From: an uncultured archaeon
GTDB taxonomy: Archaea; Micrarchaeota; Micrarchaeia; Anstonellales; Anstonellaceae
Assembly (NCBI GenBank): GCA_902384555.1
Contig: CABMCD010000016.1
Span: 4,504 to 68,503 of the forward strand
DNA: 64,000 nucleotides
Direction: 5' to 3'
Shown here: positions 45,405 to 54,259 of the stretch, in pieces
How positions within the stretch are numbered: position 1 is the stretch's first letter
How the letters are laid out: each line of letters opens with the position of its first letter
The notes under the pieces: model-generated
Seen by the model: the letters and a program-made list of their open reading frames with translations, nothing else
Database searches by the model: none
What the model was told of the DNA's origin: nothing
Program-made: the position numbers and the translations under genes

Positions 45405-45620
45405 ATGATAAAAGGAACACAGCCGGCCGGAAACAGCAATATCAAAATTCAGAACAACCCTCTCACCTTTGGCGGCAACGGGAATGGGGAAATCCGCAAT
45501 ATTTTCAATAAGGGAAACAACTGCCCGCTCAAGGCCGAAAAATGCAGTTATTCGGACGGGGGTTGCGCGCCGTGCACGACAACGGCCATCCGGCGGGAAA
45601 ACAAAGTGGTCATCCGCTAA
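45405..45620 (+). CDS. Small Cys4 peptide (71 aa), Gly/Asn-rich, lower-GC
   Basis: GGAGGT lies 7 nt before the ATG. Cys spacing is C-x6-C-x6-C-x2-C. A TFGG-NGNG double-glycine-like segment is present. Local GC is about 50%. Confidence 0.4.
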   Translation: MIKGTQPAGNSNIKIQNNPLTFGGNGNGEIRNIFNKGNNCPLKAEKCSYSDGGCAPCTTTAIRRENKVVIR

Positions 45621-45629
45621 GGTGCCGGC

Positions 45630-46112
45630 CTAGTGCATGTGCTCAAGCGTGGTGAGCGCTTTCTTCATTTTTTCCAAGGCATTTTTCGCGTTGGTCAGAT
45701 AGACGTATTCCAGCGCGTCGCCCAAATCCGGCTTTTCGGCCATGGGCGGCAGGACGAATTTGTAGTGCCCGCCCTTTTTCTCCAAAATGCCCTTTTCCTT
45801 GAGCTGGTGCAGGTGGTAGCGCACGGCCTTGATTTGGGCCGGCTGCTCGGCCGGGCGCACGGCGTTGATGCGGTCCATGAGCAGGTTGATGTCCGGCTCC
45901 TCGTGCGCGAAGTGCGCGCCGCACAGCGCTTCGAAAATGTCGAGCATCAGGGTGCGGCTTTCATTTGGTGAGATGAGGCCGAGAGAAAGAGCCAGATAGC
46001 GCACCAGCCCCCGTTTTGTCAGTTTGACTTCGCTCAATAATTGCATGTCGCGCACGATGTGCTCCTGCCTAATGAGGGAGGATTCGGGAAGGGGAGAAGA
46101 CATGGGCACCAA
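45630..46112 (-). CDS. Putative winged-helix DNA-binding protein
   Basis: wHTH-like C-terminal segment RYHLHQLKEKGILEKKGGHYKFV. The ATG is about 25 nt downstream of the TATA TCTATAAAAAC. Confidence 0.4.
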   Translation of the reverse strand: MVPMSSPLPESSLIRQEHIVRDMQLLSEVKLTKRGLVRYLALSLGLISPNESRTLMLDIFEALCGAHFAHEEPDINLLMDRINAVRPAEQPAQIKAVRYHLHQLKEKGILEKKGGHYKFVLPPMAEKPDLGDALEYVYLTNAKNALEKMKKALTTLEHMH

Positions 46113-46358
46113 GATTGTTTTGGTCTATAAAAACACATAGGTTTTTAGCCTCCAGACGAGCCAAACCCGTTACCAACGAGTGGTTTTGGCCGCCTGCAAG
46201 GGCAGGGGCCCGTGACGCTTGCGAGAATGGGAGAAAACTCTTTTTCGAGTGGGCGTGGACCGCGCAGTGGATACACGCCAAAGAAGCAACGATGGCGGGA
46301 GAGGCCATATGGGCCTGCCCGCCACCCGCCAGCATTTGGCGATTATAGGAGAAAAAAG

Positions 46359-48140
46359 ATGACTATGAGATTTGACGAGTTGGGCCTGCACGACACCCTG
46401 ATGCAGAGCCTCAAGGAGATGGGCTTCGAGACGCCGACCCCGATTCAGGAGCAGGCCATTCCGCTCCTGATGCAGGGCGAGGACATGATTGGGCAGGCCC
46501 AGACCGGCACGGGCAAGACGGCCGCGTTCGGCCTGCCGATGCTCGACCGCCTGCTGCACCACAAGCACGCGTCGCCCAACGCGCCCTTCACCCCCGGCGT
46601 GGCAAGGCCGTTCGGATTGGTGATGGCCCCCACCCGCGAGCTGGCGATTCAGGTCTGCGAGCAGATGGAGAAGATGGGCCGCGCCGCCAAGCTCAACATC
46701 GTGCCCGTCTACGGCGGGCAGGAAATCGAGAAGCAGCTCAAGCGCTTCTCCAATCCGGTGGACGTGGTGGTCGGCACCCCCGGCCGCATCATGGACCACA
46801 TGGAGCGCAACACCCTCCAGCTGGATGGCGTGCAGGTGGTGGTGCTGGACGAGGCCGACCGCATGCTGGACATGGGCTTCGTGGACGACGTGGTGGGCAT
46901 CCTGCGCCACACGCCCCCCACGCGGCAGACCTCGCTCTTTTCGGCCACCATGCCGCGCGAAGTGCTCAACATCGCCTACGAGTTCATGAAGAGCCCGCAG
47001 AGCGTCAACGTCACCCCGCCCGACCATCTGGCGGTGGAGAAAATCAACCAATATTATGTGCCGGTGGACGCGCGCCTGCGCCCCCGCGCCTTGCGCATGA
47101 TTTTGCAGCAGCGCAACCCGTCTTTGGCCATTGTGTTCTGCCGCACCAAGCGCGGGGCGGAAAGAGTGGGCCTGCAGCTCAAGGCCGACGGATTCCGCGC
47201 CAAGGCGCTGCACGGCGACTTGACGCAAAAGCAGCGCGACGAGGCCATGGAGCATTTCCGCGAAGGCCGGCTGCGCGTGCTGGTGGCGACCGACATCGCC
47301 AGCCGCGGGCTTGACGTGTTCGACGTCTCGCACGTGATCAACTACGATTTGCCCGAAGACCATTTGACTTACGTGCACCGCGTGGGCCGCACCGGGCGCA
47401 TGGGCGCGGCCGGCGAGGCCATCGCGCTCATCTTCCCCGACCAGGTGGAGGTGGTGCAGCAGTGGGCCAAGGACATCGGCACCACCATCCAGGAGCTCAA
47501 AGTCGAGGGCCTGCCCGCGCCGGACATGAACGCAGTCGGACCCCGCGGTATCGGCGTGTCGGGTCCGGGCGGCTTTGGATTCGGCCAGAGCGGCGGGCCG
47601 AGCACGTCCAGCTTTGACAACCCCAATGCCGGCTTCGGCACCGGGCGCAGCTCGCACGGCGGATTCGGACTGGGCCGAAGCGGCCACAACACGCCGCACC
47701 CGGGCGGAGGGCACTCCGCTCATGGCGGCGCGGGCGGCGGCCAGACGGGCGGGAGCGGGCACAGCCCCTCCGGCCATTCGCACTCCGGCGGCTTTGGCGC
47801 GGGGCACTCCTCCGGCGGACGGGGCGGCGAGCGGCGCTCGTTTGGCTCCGGCTTCGGCCACAAGGAAGGCGGCCGGGAGAGGGAAGGCTCGAGGCGCGAA
47901 GGCGGCTTTGGCCGCGACAGCCACTCTTCCCGCGGGGGCTTTGGCGGGCGCGGAGGCCGTGAGGGCCGCTCGGGCGGATTCGGTTCGCGCGGCGGCGACG
48001 ACCGTTTCGACCGCGGCTCGGGCATGGGCCGGGCCAGCGTGTCGCCCATGACGATTAAGAAAATCAAGGAGCGCCCGCTCAAGGCGGCCAAAACCGAAGG
48101 CCATTCGCGCGGGCATTCCTACGTGGGCCGGCAGAATTAG
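46359..48140 (+). CDS. DEAD-box ATP-dependent RNA helicase with a long Gly/Arg/Ser/Phe-rich C-terminal tail
   Basis: Q-motif, Walker A AQTGTGKT, DEAD box as VLDEADRM, SAT, HRVGRTGR. The last about 190 aa are low-complexity RGG/FG repeats. GGAG lies 8 nt before the ATG. Confidence 0.9.
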   Translation: MTMRFDELGLHDTLMQSLKEMGFETPTPIQEQAIPLLMQGEDMIGQAQTGTGKTAAFGLPMLDRLLHHKHASPNAPFTPGVARPFGLVMAPTRELAIQVCEQMEKMGRAAKLNIVPVYGGQEIEKQLKRFSNPVDVVVGTPGRIMDHMERNTLQLDGVQVVVLDEADRMLDMGFVDDVVGILRHTPPTRQTSLFSATMPREVLNIAYEFMKSPQSVNVTPPDHLAVEKINQYYVPVDARLRPRALRMILQQRNPSLAIVFCRTKRGAERVGLQLKADGFRAKALHGDLTQKQRDEAMEHFREGRLRVLVATDIASRGLDVFDVSHVINYDLPEDHLTYVHRVGRTGRMGAAGEAIALIFPDQVEVVQQWAKDIGTTIQELKVEGLPAPDMNAVGPRGIGVSGPGGFGFGQSGGPSTSSFDNPNAGFGTGRSSHGGFGLGRSGHNTPHPGGGHSAHGGAGGGQTGGSGHSPSGHSHSGGFGAGHSSGGRGGERRSFGSGFGHKEGGREREGSRREGGFGRDSHSSRGGFGGRGGREGRSGGFGSRGGDDRFDRGSGMGRASVSPMTIKKIKERPLKAAKTEGHSRGHSYVGRQN

Positions 48141-48145
48141 GCAAT

Positions 48146-48192
48146 CGACGTAGCCACGTCGGCACCCTTATATATTTTGTTTTTTTAAATAG
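48146..48192 (+). terminator. Hairpin CGACGT-AGCC-ACGTCG followed by T-rich sequence; overlaps the TATA of the next gene
   Basis: Six-bp stem after the helicase stop. The following CTTATATATTTTGTTTTTTTAAATAG also supplies a TATA about 25 nt before the ATG at 48199. Confidence 0.4.
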
Positions 48193-48198
48193 TTAAAT

Positions 48199-50943
48199 AT
48201 GGATACTAGCGTGCCCCAGCCGGAAGCCGGGCCTTTTCTTCAACTGGAACCGCTGCTGGACCAAAGCGACGCCTTCAACCTGCTGATTGCCCGCATGGCC
48301 GCCATCCAGATGCAGGACTGGCACGTGCAGAGCGGACAGAACGGGACCCATACGCTGGCCTACAAAATCAGAATCAGCGACGCGTACGTGGGCGCTTATG
48401 TGCCCAAGCTTGGAGAACCTCTGCTGTGGAACTTGGAGACGGTTCCCAGCGGCCTGAACTGGACGCCCATCTGCGCCAACGGCACGCTGGCCGACGACAT
48501 CATCCGCTTCAAAATCAAGAGCGGAAAATACGACATCTATTCCAAGAAGAGCGCGGAGGGGCTGATGCAAAAGCTGGTCCGCGATTTGAGCGTGGACCAC
48601 GAGGCTCCCGTTCCGGCCCAGATTGAATACGCGCATGAGCCGAATTTGGTGGCGCTCGAAGCCTGCGAGCACGAAGCTTCGACGCGCCGGGAGCGCAAAA
48701 TCCTGCATGCGCTGCGCATGAGCCTGCAGGAGCGGGAAACGCAGCGCAAGGTGGCGAGCCTGGCCGTGCTGCTGATTCAGGGGAATGAGGTGTCGCCGGA
48801 AGCCCTGCTGGCGCTTCTCAAGCGGCCGGCGCACGAGCTGGAGGAGATTTATGATCGGCTGGAGCATCTGGCCATCCGCCTGCGGCGGGGGGATTCGCCG
48901 ACCAGCAAAAACATTCTGCTGGAAATTGAAGAGATTCGCAACCAGTCCCGCTCCCAGCTCAATTCCAGGTACGAAGTCGCGGCCTTTTCCAGCGAACTGG
49001 ACGTTGTGCGCATCGCCCGGCGCATGGCCAAGACGGGCGAGCGGCTGGCGGAGCTTGACTCCGTGCTGGACGAGCTGTTCGACTACGGCGTGCGGGAGAG
49101 AAACCGAAAATTCGTGGACACCGCCTACTGGGAAGCCGGCTCCTCCAAGCCCAGGCTGACCTGGCCGCTGAACGGCTCGACATCGGCGCGGCTTTACGCG
49201 CAGGCCATGCGCAAAAAGGACGGCCGGACGGAACTGAACGGCTGGGTGTCGGATTATCTGGCCATGCAGCTGCGCGTGCAGTTCAAGCCCATCGGGCAGA
49301 ACCGCATCGACCTCGCGTATGCCGCCCTGCGCGAGCTGGGCGAGCTGGAAATGAACGGCGTCATCGAAAGCGGTCCGGCGTACGAGCTGCAGTTCATGTG
49401 CGAGAGCTACGAGAAGATGTGCCTGCGCCTGCCCCGGCAGCTGGAAAAGGCGAGGCAGGGCGAGCGGCTGGACGAGTCGCTGGACCAGCTGATGGAATTC
49501 ATGCAGCGGCGCGACGAGCTGCTGCAGAAAATCTCCGAGCTGATTGGGGAGCTTGACGACCCGTACGTCCAGACCCCGAGCGGCGCGAGCGTGGCCCAGG
49601 CGTCGGCGAAGGCCCGCCTCGCGCTGGCCGTGCTGGCCTGCGAGCTTTGCAGCGCCGACATGGAGCAGGAGAGCGTCCTCATGGAGCGGGCCCAAAACCT
49701 GTGGCCGGGCGCGTGGCCTCGAACCGAGGCCGGAGCCTACCTCGACCTGCTGGGCGAGCACAACACCCAGCGCGCAATCCTGCTCAAGACCGCCAATGAC
49801 AAGGAGGGCAAGGACCGGCGCAAGGAGCTGGACGTCCGATTCAAGGAAAAGCTCGATGAGCTGGCGCAGGTCGCCAAAATCGACGCCGACGCGGTCATGA
49901 GCGACTACCGCAAGACCCAATCGCACGTGGGATACAAGAGCGGGGAAAACCGGCGCGTGCAGGCCTTCCAGCCCGAAGAGATGCGCCTGCGCAAGGCCAT
50001 CCACGCCATCGACCGCGAGATACGGGAAATCGCCGGACAGCCGCGCGGCGAAATCGATGCCGGGCGCTTCAACGACCTGGCCGAGCTGCGCGACGCGCTG
50101 ACCGCCATCAGCCAGCATCTCCACGCGGCGACCGAAAACGCCGCCTACTGCTTTGGCAGGATGGCCGGCATGCGCTTCAGCGAACGCGGCGAGCAGGACA
50201 GCTACGTGAACAGCCTGCTTTTCCCCGAATACCTCAAGTCGCTGCATTATGCCGGGCTGGACGTGCTCGACCTGATTCCGGAGATGGAGCAGCTGGAGGC
50301 CCAGAACTTCCGCCAGAGCGAGCTGCCCCTGAACCTCCGCATCGTGGTCGGCGGCGAGGCCGGAAGCGGCACGGTTCCGATGAAAGTGTTCGCCGAGAAT
50401 GCCCAGATGAACATTTGCTTCTCGAAGTTCTTCGAGTTCGACTTGGGCGCGGGGCCGGGAAAAAACCAGAGCACGGTCACGCCCATTGAGGAGGTGCTCT
50501 ACGGTCCGCGCGTGGGCGCGGCCGAGCTGGCCTCCGTCTGCGGCGCGAAGGGGGCCGGTGACTACGCGGCCATGCTGGATTACAGCGTGCTGTGGCCCAA
50601 GGAGTATTACACCAAGAAGCTGAACGAGGAGACGCTCAACGACCTGTCCATTCAGGCGCTGGTCGGGGAGCCGGAGGCGCTGAGGGGCAAGCGCGTGTTC
50701 AACAACGGCCAGTGGGAAGAGACGCTCCCCTTCACGGTGCCCAAGGGCGTGCGGCTGGAGCCGCCAACGGACACCCAAGCCGTTTCCAACCCGAAAGCCG
50801 CCGAAACGCTGGCGCGCATGAGGCACAGCTACGTGATGGGCGTGCGCATGGCGGAACTGACTCAGAAACTGAACGGGTGCGTGAACCGGGAGATTCAGCT
50901 GCTGCTCCAGAAGCGGATTCGCCAGAACCCGCAGAAGCGCTAG
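48199..50943 (+). CDS. Large hypothetical protein (914 aa), helical, no recognisable domain
   Basis: Long ORF with balanced composition. It runs opposite to the codon-biased antisense artefact ORFs. No TM helix or signal peptide. Confidence 0.6.
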   Translation: MDTSVPQPEAGPFLQLEPLLDQSDAFNLLIARMAAIQMQDWHVQSGQNGTHTLAYKIRISDAYVGAYVPKLGEPLLWNLETVPSGLNWTPICANGTLADDIIRFKIKSGKYDIYSKKSAEGLMQKLVRDLSVDHEAPVPAQIEYAHEPNLVALEACEHEASTRRERKILHALRMSLQERETQRKVASLAVLLIQGNEVSPEALLALLKRPAHELEEIYDRLEHLAIRLRRGDSPTSKNILLEIEEIRNQSRSQLNSRYEVAAFSSELDVVRIARRMAKTGERLAELDSVLDELFDYGVRERNRKFVDTAYWEAGSSKPRLTWPLNGSTSARLYAQAMRKKDGRTELNGWVSDYLAMQLRVQFKPIGQNRIDLAYAALRELGELEMNGVIESGPAYELQFMCESYEKMCLRLPRQLEKARQGERLDESLDQLMEFMQRRDELLQKISELIGELDDPYVQTPSGASVAQASAKARLALAVLACELCSADMEQESVLMERAQNLWPGAWPRTEAGAYLDLLGEHNTQRAILLKTANDKEGKDRRKELDVRFKEKLDELAQVAKIDADAVMSDYRKTQSHVGYKSGENRRVQAFQPEEMRLRKAIHAIDREIREIAGQPRGEIDAGRFNDLAELRDALTAISQHLHAATENAAYCFGRMAGMRFSERGEQDSYVNSLLFPEYLKSLHYAGLDVLDLIPEMEQLEAQNFRQSELPLNLRIVVGGEAGSGTVPMKVFAENAQMNICFSKFFEFDLGAGPGKNQSTVTPIEEVLYGPRVGAAELASVCGAKGAGDYAAMLDYSVLWPKEYYTKKLNEETLNDLSIQALVGEPEALRGKRVFNNGQWEETLPFTVPKGVRLEPPTDTQAVSNPKAAETLARMRHSYVMGVRMAELTQKLNGCVNREIQLLLQKRIRQNPQKR

Positions 50944-50982
50944 GCGGGAAGACGGGCGCCGGGCCTTTTTCCTTGCGCCTGC

Positions 50983-51654
50983 TCAGTCTTTTTTCCGGGC
51001 GCGCAGGCGGGTGCGCAGCAAATCATAGGCCCGGCCCGCATCCTTGGACTTGAGCACCAGCACCAGCTCGTTGAGGGTGGAGACCAGCTCGAAGACGTTG
51101 ATGTTCTCCCACGCCAGCTCGGAGAGCACGCGCTCGTAAAAGCCGGGCATGTAGAGAACGTCCTGCTCAAAGCGCAGGTAGAGGAAGGAGAGGTCGCGCT
51201 CGATGTGGATGACCTGCTCGTCCTTGAGCGCCTGCAAAAACTTTTTCTCGTATTTGGCCGAGGCGATGAGGGTGATTTCGTACTGGCCGGAGACGATGTT
51301 GAAGATGTCGTCGGGCTGGCCGTCCAGCAGGCGGCGCAGCCGGTGCGTGGCCTCCTCGGTGTGCGCGCCTTTGCGCAAGTCGATTTCCACCGCCCCCTCG
51401 CGCAGGGAAATCTGGATTTTTTCCCACAAGGGGTTGGCCTGCTGCTCGGCTTGGCGCTCGCCCATCTTGTCGCGCAGGCGGGAGAGGGCCATCACAATCG
51501 CCCCTTCCTCCACCTCTTTTCCCAATTCCGATTCAAGCTTGGGGCGCAGATAGCGGGCGAGGCGGTGGAAGGAGACCAAATCGCGGGCAATGAACTGCTC
51601 CAAGTGCGGCAGGGCGCGCACATAGGAGCCGACGAGGTGGGCGACGGTGGGCAT
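50983..51654 (-). CDS. Hypothetical protein, possibly ACT-domain containing
   Basis: C-terminal beta-alpha-beta-beta-alpha-beta-like segment. Weak call. Confidence 0.35.
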   Translation of the reverse strand: MPTVAHLVGSYVRALPHLEQFIARDLVSFHRLARYLRPKLESELGKEVEEGAIVMALSRLRDKMGERQAEQQANPLWEKIQISLREGAVEIDLRKGAHTEEATHRLRRLLDGQPDDIFNIVSGQYEITLIASAKYEKKFLQALKDEQVIHIERDLSFLYLRFEQDVLYMPGFYERVLSELAWENINVFELVSTLNELVLVLKSKDAGRAYDLLRTRLRARKKD

Positions 51655-51680
51655 GAGTTATGGATGCAACAAAGAGTTAA

Positions 51681-51721
51681 AAAAATGAAACGATGCGCAG
51701 GCGCCCGCGCCGGGGGCGCGC
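51681..51721 (-). terminator. Hairpin GGCGCGCC-CCC-GGCGCGGGCGCC (minus strand) followed by T-tract
   Basis: It lies after the stop of 51723-52382, followed (minus orientation) by TGCGCATCGTTTCATTTTTTT. Same motif as at 7466 and 15438. Confidence 0.45.
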
Positions 51722-51722
51722 C

Positions 51723-52382
51723 TTAGCGGGCGAGCGCTTCCTCGATTTGTTTCTTCACGCGCTCAGGCACGATAGGCTCGCCGCGCGCCTCCCACCATGA
51801 GATTCGCTTCACCGGCGAGATGCCGCAGAAGCCCAAGACCGCCTTGTCCACCGAGAATTCGGGGGCGCGGCCGAAGAGGCTGAAGCCCTCCGCCCCGCCG
51901 CCGTAGGTGTTGACGACAATGGCCCGCTTGCCGGCCAGCTTCTTGTCCACCGGCATCTGCGAGAGGAAGATGGGGTAGCAGGCGCCAATCGAGCAGAGGG
52001 CGGGCAGCACGGGCTTGACGGCTGCCGCGATGGGGGGCATTTTCTTGAAATTGTAGGCAAAGCCGGGGGTGAAGACGCGGTCGAAGAACCCTTTCAGCAT
52101 GGCCGGCGCGCCGTACCACCAGACAGGGTAGATGAAGATGAGCCGCTCGGCCTTGGTGATGAGCTGCTGGTATTTGGCCACCAGCGGGTCGCTGCGCGGC
52201 GTGCCGACCTTGACGGTGACGCCGTACTCCTGCGCATTGAGCAGGGGGTCGAAGCCGTCGGCATAGAGGTCGATGAGCTCGAAGGGGCGGCTGGAGGCCT
52301 TGAGCGTTTCCATGACCAGCTGCAAGAGCGCGCCGTTGTGGCTGCCCATCCGCTGGGGGTGGGCAAAGATGACGAGGTCCAT
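51723..52382 (-). CDS. Flavodoxin-like fold NAD(P)H dehydrogenase (quinone)/FMN reductase family
   Basis: N-terminus MDLVIFAHPQ, then PVWWYGAPAMLKGFFDRV. The ORF-track extension to 52676 is rejected. Confidence 0.6.
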   Translation of the reverse strand: MDLVIFAHPQRMGSHNGALLQLVMETLKASSRPFELIDLYADGFDPLLNAQEYGVTVKVGTPRSDPLVAKYQQLITKAERLIFIYPVWWYGAPAMLKGFFDRVFTPGFAYNFKKMPPIAAAVKPVLPALCSIGACYPIFLSQMPVDKKLAGKRAIVVNTYGGGAEGFSLFGRAPEFSVDKAVLGFCGISPVKRISWWEARGEPIVPERVKKQIEEALAR

Positions 52383-52434
52383 GCAAACCCTAAGGACGGG
52401 ATGAATTATAAAACATACAAGAGTAGGCCGAAGC

Positions 52435-53394
52435 ATGAATAGGAAAAACCAAAAAACAGGCAAAAAAGCGGGCCGCCTCTCTTCGGCCGGCCATCCGCTC
52501 CACGTCCATCTGGCCCGGCTCTCCGACGCCCTGCGCCTGCCGTTTCTGATGGCCAGCCTGCTGCCGGCCATGGCGGCCGGCGCGTATGCGTGGCAGAAGG
52601 GCAGTTTTGATGCCGTTGATTTCGTGCTGGCGTCTCTGGCCGTGCTGCTGGCACATGCGGGCACCAACCTGTCCAATGACTATTATGATTACCAGGCCGG
52701 CAACTATCCGCAGAAAAAGAACGGCCCCACGGGAGGCAGTTTCGCGATTCAGCAGGGTCATTACCGGCCCGCGCAAATCCTTGGGCTGGCCGTGCTGTGC
52801 TTCATGGCCTCGCTCGCCTTTTTCCTGTATCTTTCTTGGAGCACGGCGAGCCTGGTGTTTCCGCTGGGGCTGGCCGGCATTTTGCTTGGGTTCTTCTACA
52901 CCGCCCCGCCGCTGAAATTCGGCTACCGGCTGCTGGGCGAAATCACCACCTTCGCAGGCATGGGCCCGCTGCTGTTCGCCACCGTCTATCTGGCGGCCGC
53001 GGGCGCCCTGCCGGACGAGGCCGGCTGGCTGCTGTCCATATTTCTGGGCGTGCTGGTGCTCAACGTCCTGCTCGCCGCGCAGGTGCCGGACATTGAAATC
53101 GACCGCCTCAGCCGCAAGCGCACCATCAGCGTGCATTGGGGGGCGGACGCGCTGGCCAACGTGTACGGGCTGGGCAGCCTGATGGCCGGCTTGGCACTGG
53201 CGGGCGGCGTGCTGCTGCACGGCCTGCCTCCGGTACTGCTGCTGGGTCTGGCCGGATTGTACTTTTCCTACAAGGCTTACATGGAATTGAAGGCTGAACG
53301 GCCGCTGGCGGCGCTGGGTTTGAGCCTGACGGCCTTGCAGGCGGGGGCCGGCATCGTGATATTGGCCCTGCTGCTGTCGGTCACGTTTGTTTGA
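52435..53394 (+). CDS. UbiA-family prenyltransferase (MenA-like)
   Basis: About 8 TM helices and the Asp-rich motif NLSNDYYDYQAG. The true start may be an internal Met. Confidence 0.65.
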   Translation: MNRKNQKTGKKAGRLSSAGHPLHVHLARLSDALRLPFLMASLLPAMAAGAYAWQKGSFDAVDFVLASLAVLLAHAGTNLSNDYYDYQAGNYPQKKNGPTGGSFAIQQGHYRPAQILGLAVLCFMASLAFFLYLSWSTASLVFPLGLAGILLGFFYTAPPLKFGYRLLGEITTFAGMGPLLFATVYLAAAGALPDEAGWLLSIFLGVLVLNVLLAAQVPDIEIDRLSRKRTISVHWGADALANVYGLGSLMAGLALAGGVLLHGLPPVLLLGLAGLYFSYKAYMELKAERPLAALGLSLTALQAGAGIVILALLLSVTFV

Positions 53395-53490
53395 GGTGAA
53401 TGTCGTTAACGTGGGGTGGGGGTCAGGAAGAACCTGAAACTGGGGGGAGGGGCGGAGCCCCTCCCCGCGGTTCGGTTTGAGGTGAGAGTT

Positions 53491-53958
53491 ATGATAAGCA
53501 AGAAAGCAGATATGAAAGAGGACGAGGCGTGCAAACGCAAGCGCCTCTACAAAAACCTCGGCCTGCTGGCCCTGCGGCTGGCCTTGGCCCTGTTCATTTT
53601 GCACGGCGTGCAAAAGCTGACCAGCCTGGACGCCACGGCCAAGTTCTTCGGCTCGGTCGGCATTCCCGCGCCGGGCCTCATGGCCATGGTGGTGGGATGC
53701 ATCGAGCTGTTCGGCGGCATCGCCGTGCTTCTGGGCCTCGGCACCCGCTACGCCGGCGTGCTGCTGACGTTTGTGATGCTGGGCGCGATTGCGACCACGG
53801 CCGTTTCGGGCGTGCTGAGCGCCGGACTGCCGATGGGGCTGCTCAACATGGACCTGGAGTGGGTTTACCTCTTCGCAGCCATCGCGGTGGCGCTCACCGG
53901 GCCCGGGAAATACAGCATCGACAAGATGTATTTGTGCAAAAACGAGTGCAAGGCCTGA
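53491..53958 (+). CDS. DoxX-family membrane protein
   Basis: Four TM helices and the pattern GLLALRLALALFILHGVQKL. Confidence 0.6.
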   Translation: MISKKADMKEDEACKRKRLYKNLGLLALRLALALFILHGVQKLTSLDATAKFFGSVGIPAPGLMAMVVGCIELFGGIAVLLGLGTRYAGVLLTFVMLGAIATTAVSGVLSAGLPMGLLNMDLEWVYLFAAIAVALTGPGKYSIDKMYLCKNECKA

Positions 53959-54070
53959 AAAAGCGGGCCTTGCGCTTCCTTTCTTTTTTCGGCTCTTTTT
54001 TCCGTTCTTTTGTTTCATTTTCTTGAGGTTTTTCTCCTGTTTCCCCCGTAGTGGGAAAAAAGTGGGATAG

Positions 54071-54079
54071 TATTATAAA
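54071..54079 (+). promoter_or_regulatory. TATA box TATTATAAA upstream of the his operon
   Basis: It is the only strong AT-rich box in the 240-nt spacer. That implies a 5' leader of about 160-180 nt. Confidence 0.35.
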
Positions 54080-54259
54080 CCCCTTTTTTCATAATAGATT
54101 CACGCGCGGGCAGCGGCCCGCTATCAGGTATTGAGGATGGAAAGGGGTTGCCTTCACCAACTGGATGCGCAATGCGCGCAATAGGCAGCCTCCGCCACTC
54201 CGCCCAAGCAACAGATTCTTTTTCGATGAACCGCCGGCCCCCAGCGGGCGGAACGAGGT

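Noticed and set aside
54130-54175. Possible his attenuator leader peptide (13 codons, MERGCLHQLDAQCAQ)
   Set aside because: Only one His codon and no run of His codons. The start codon has no usable SD spacing.
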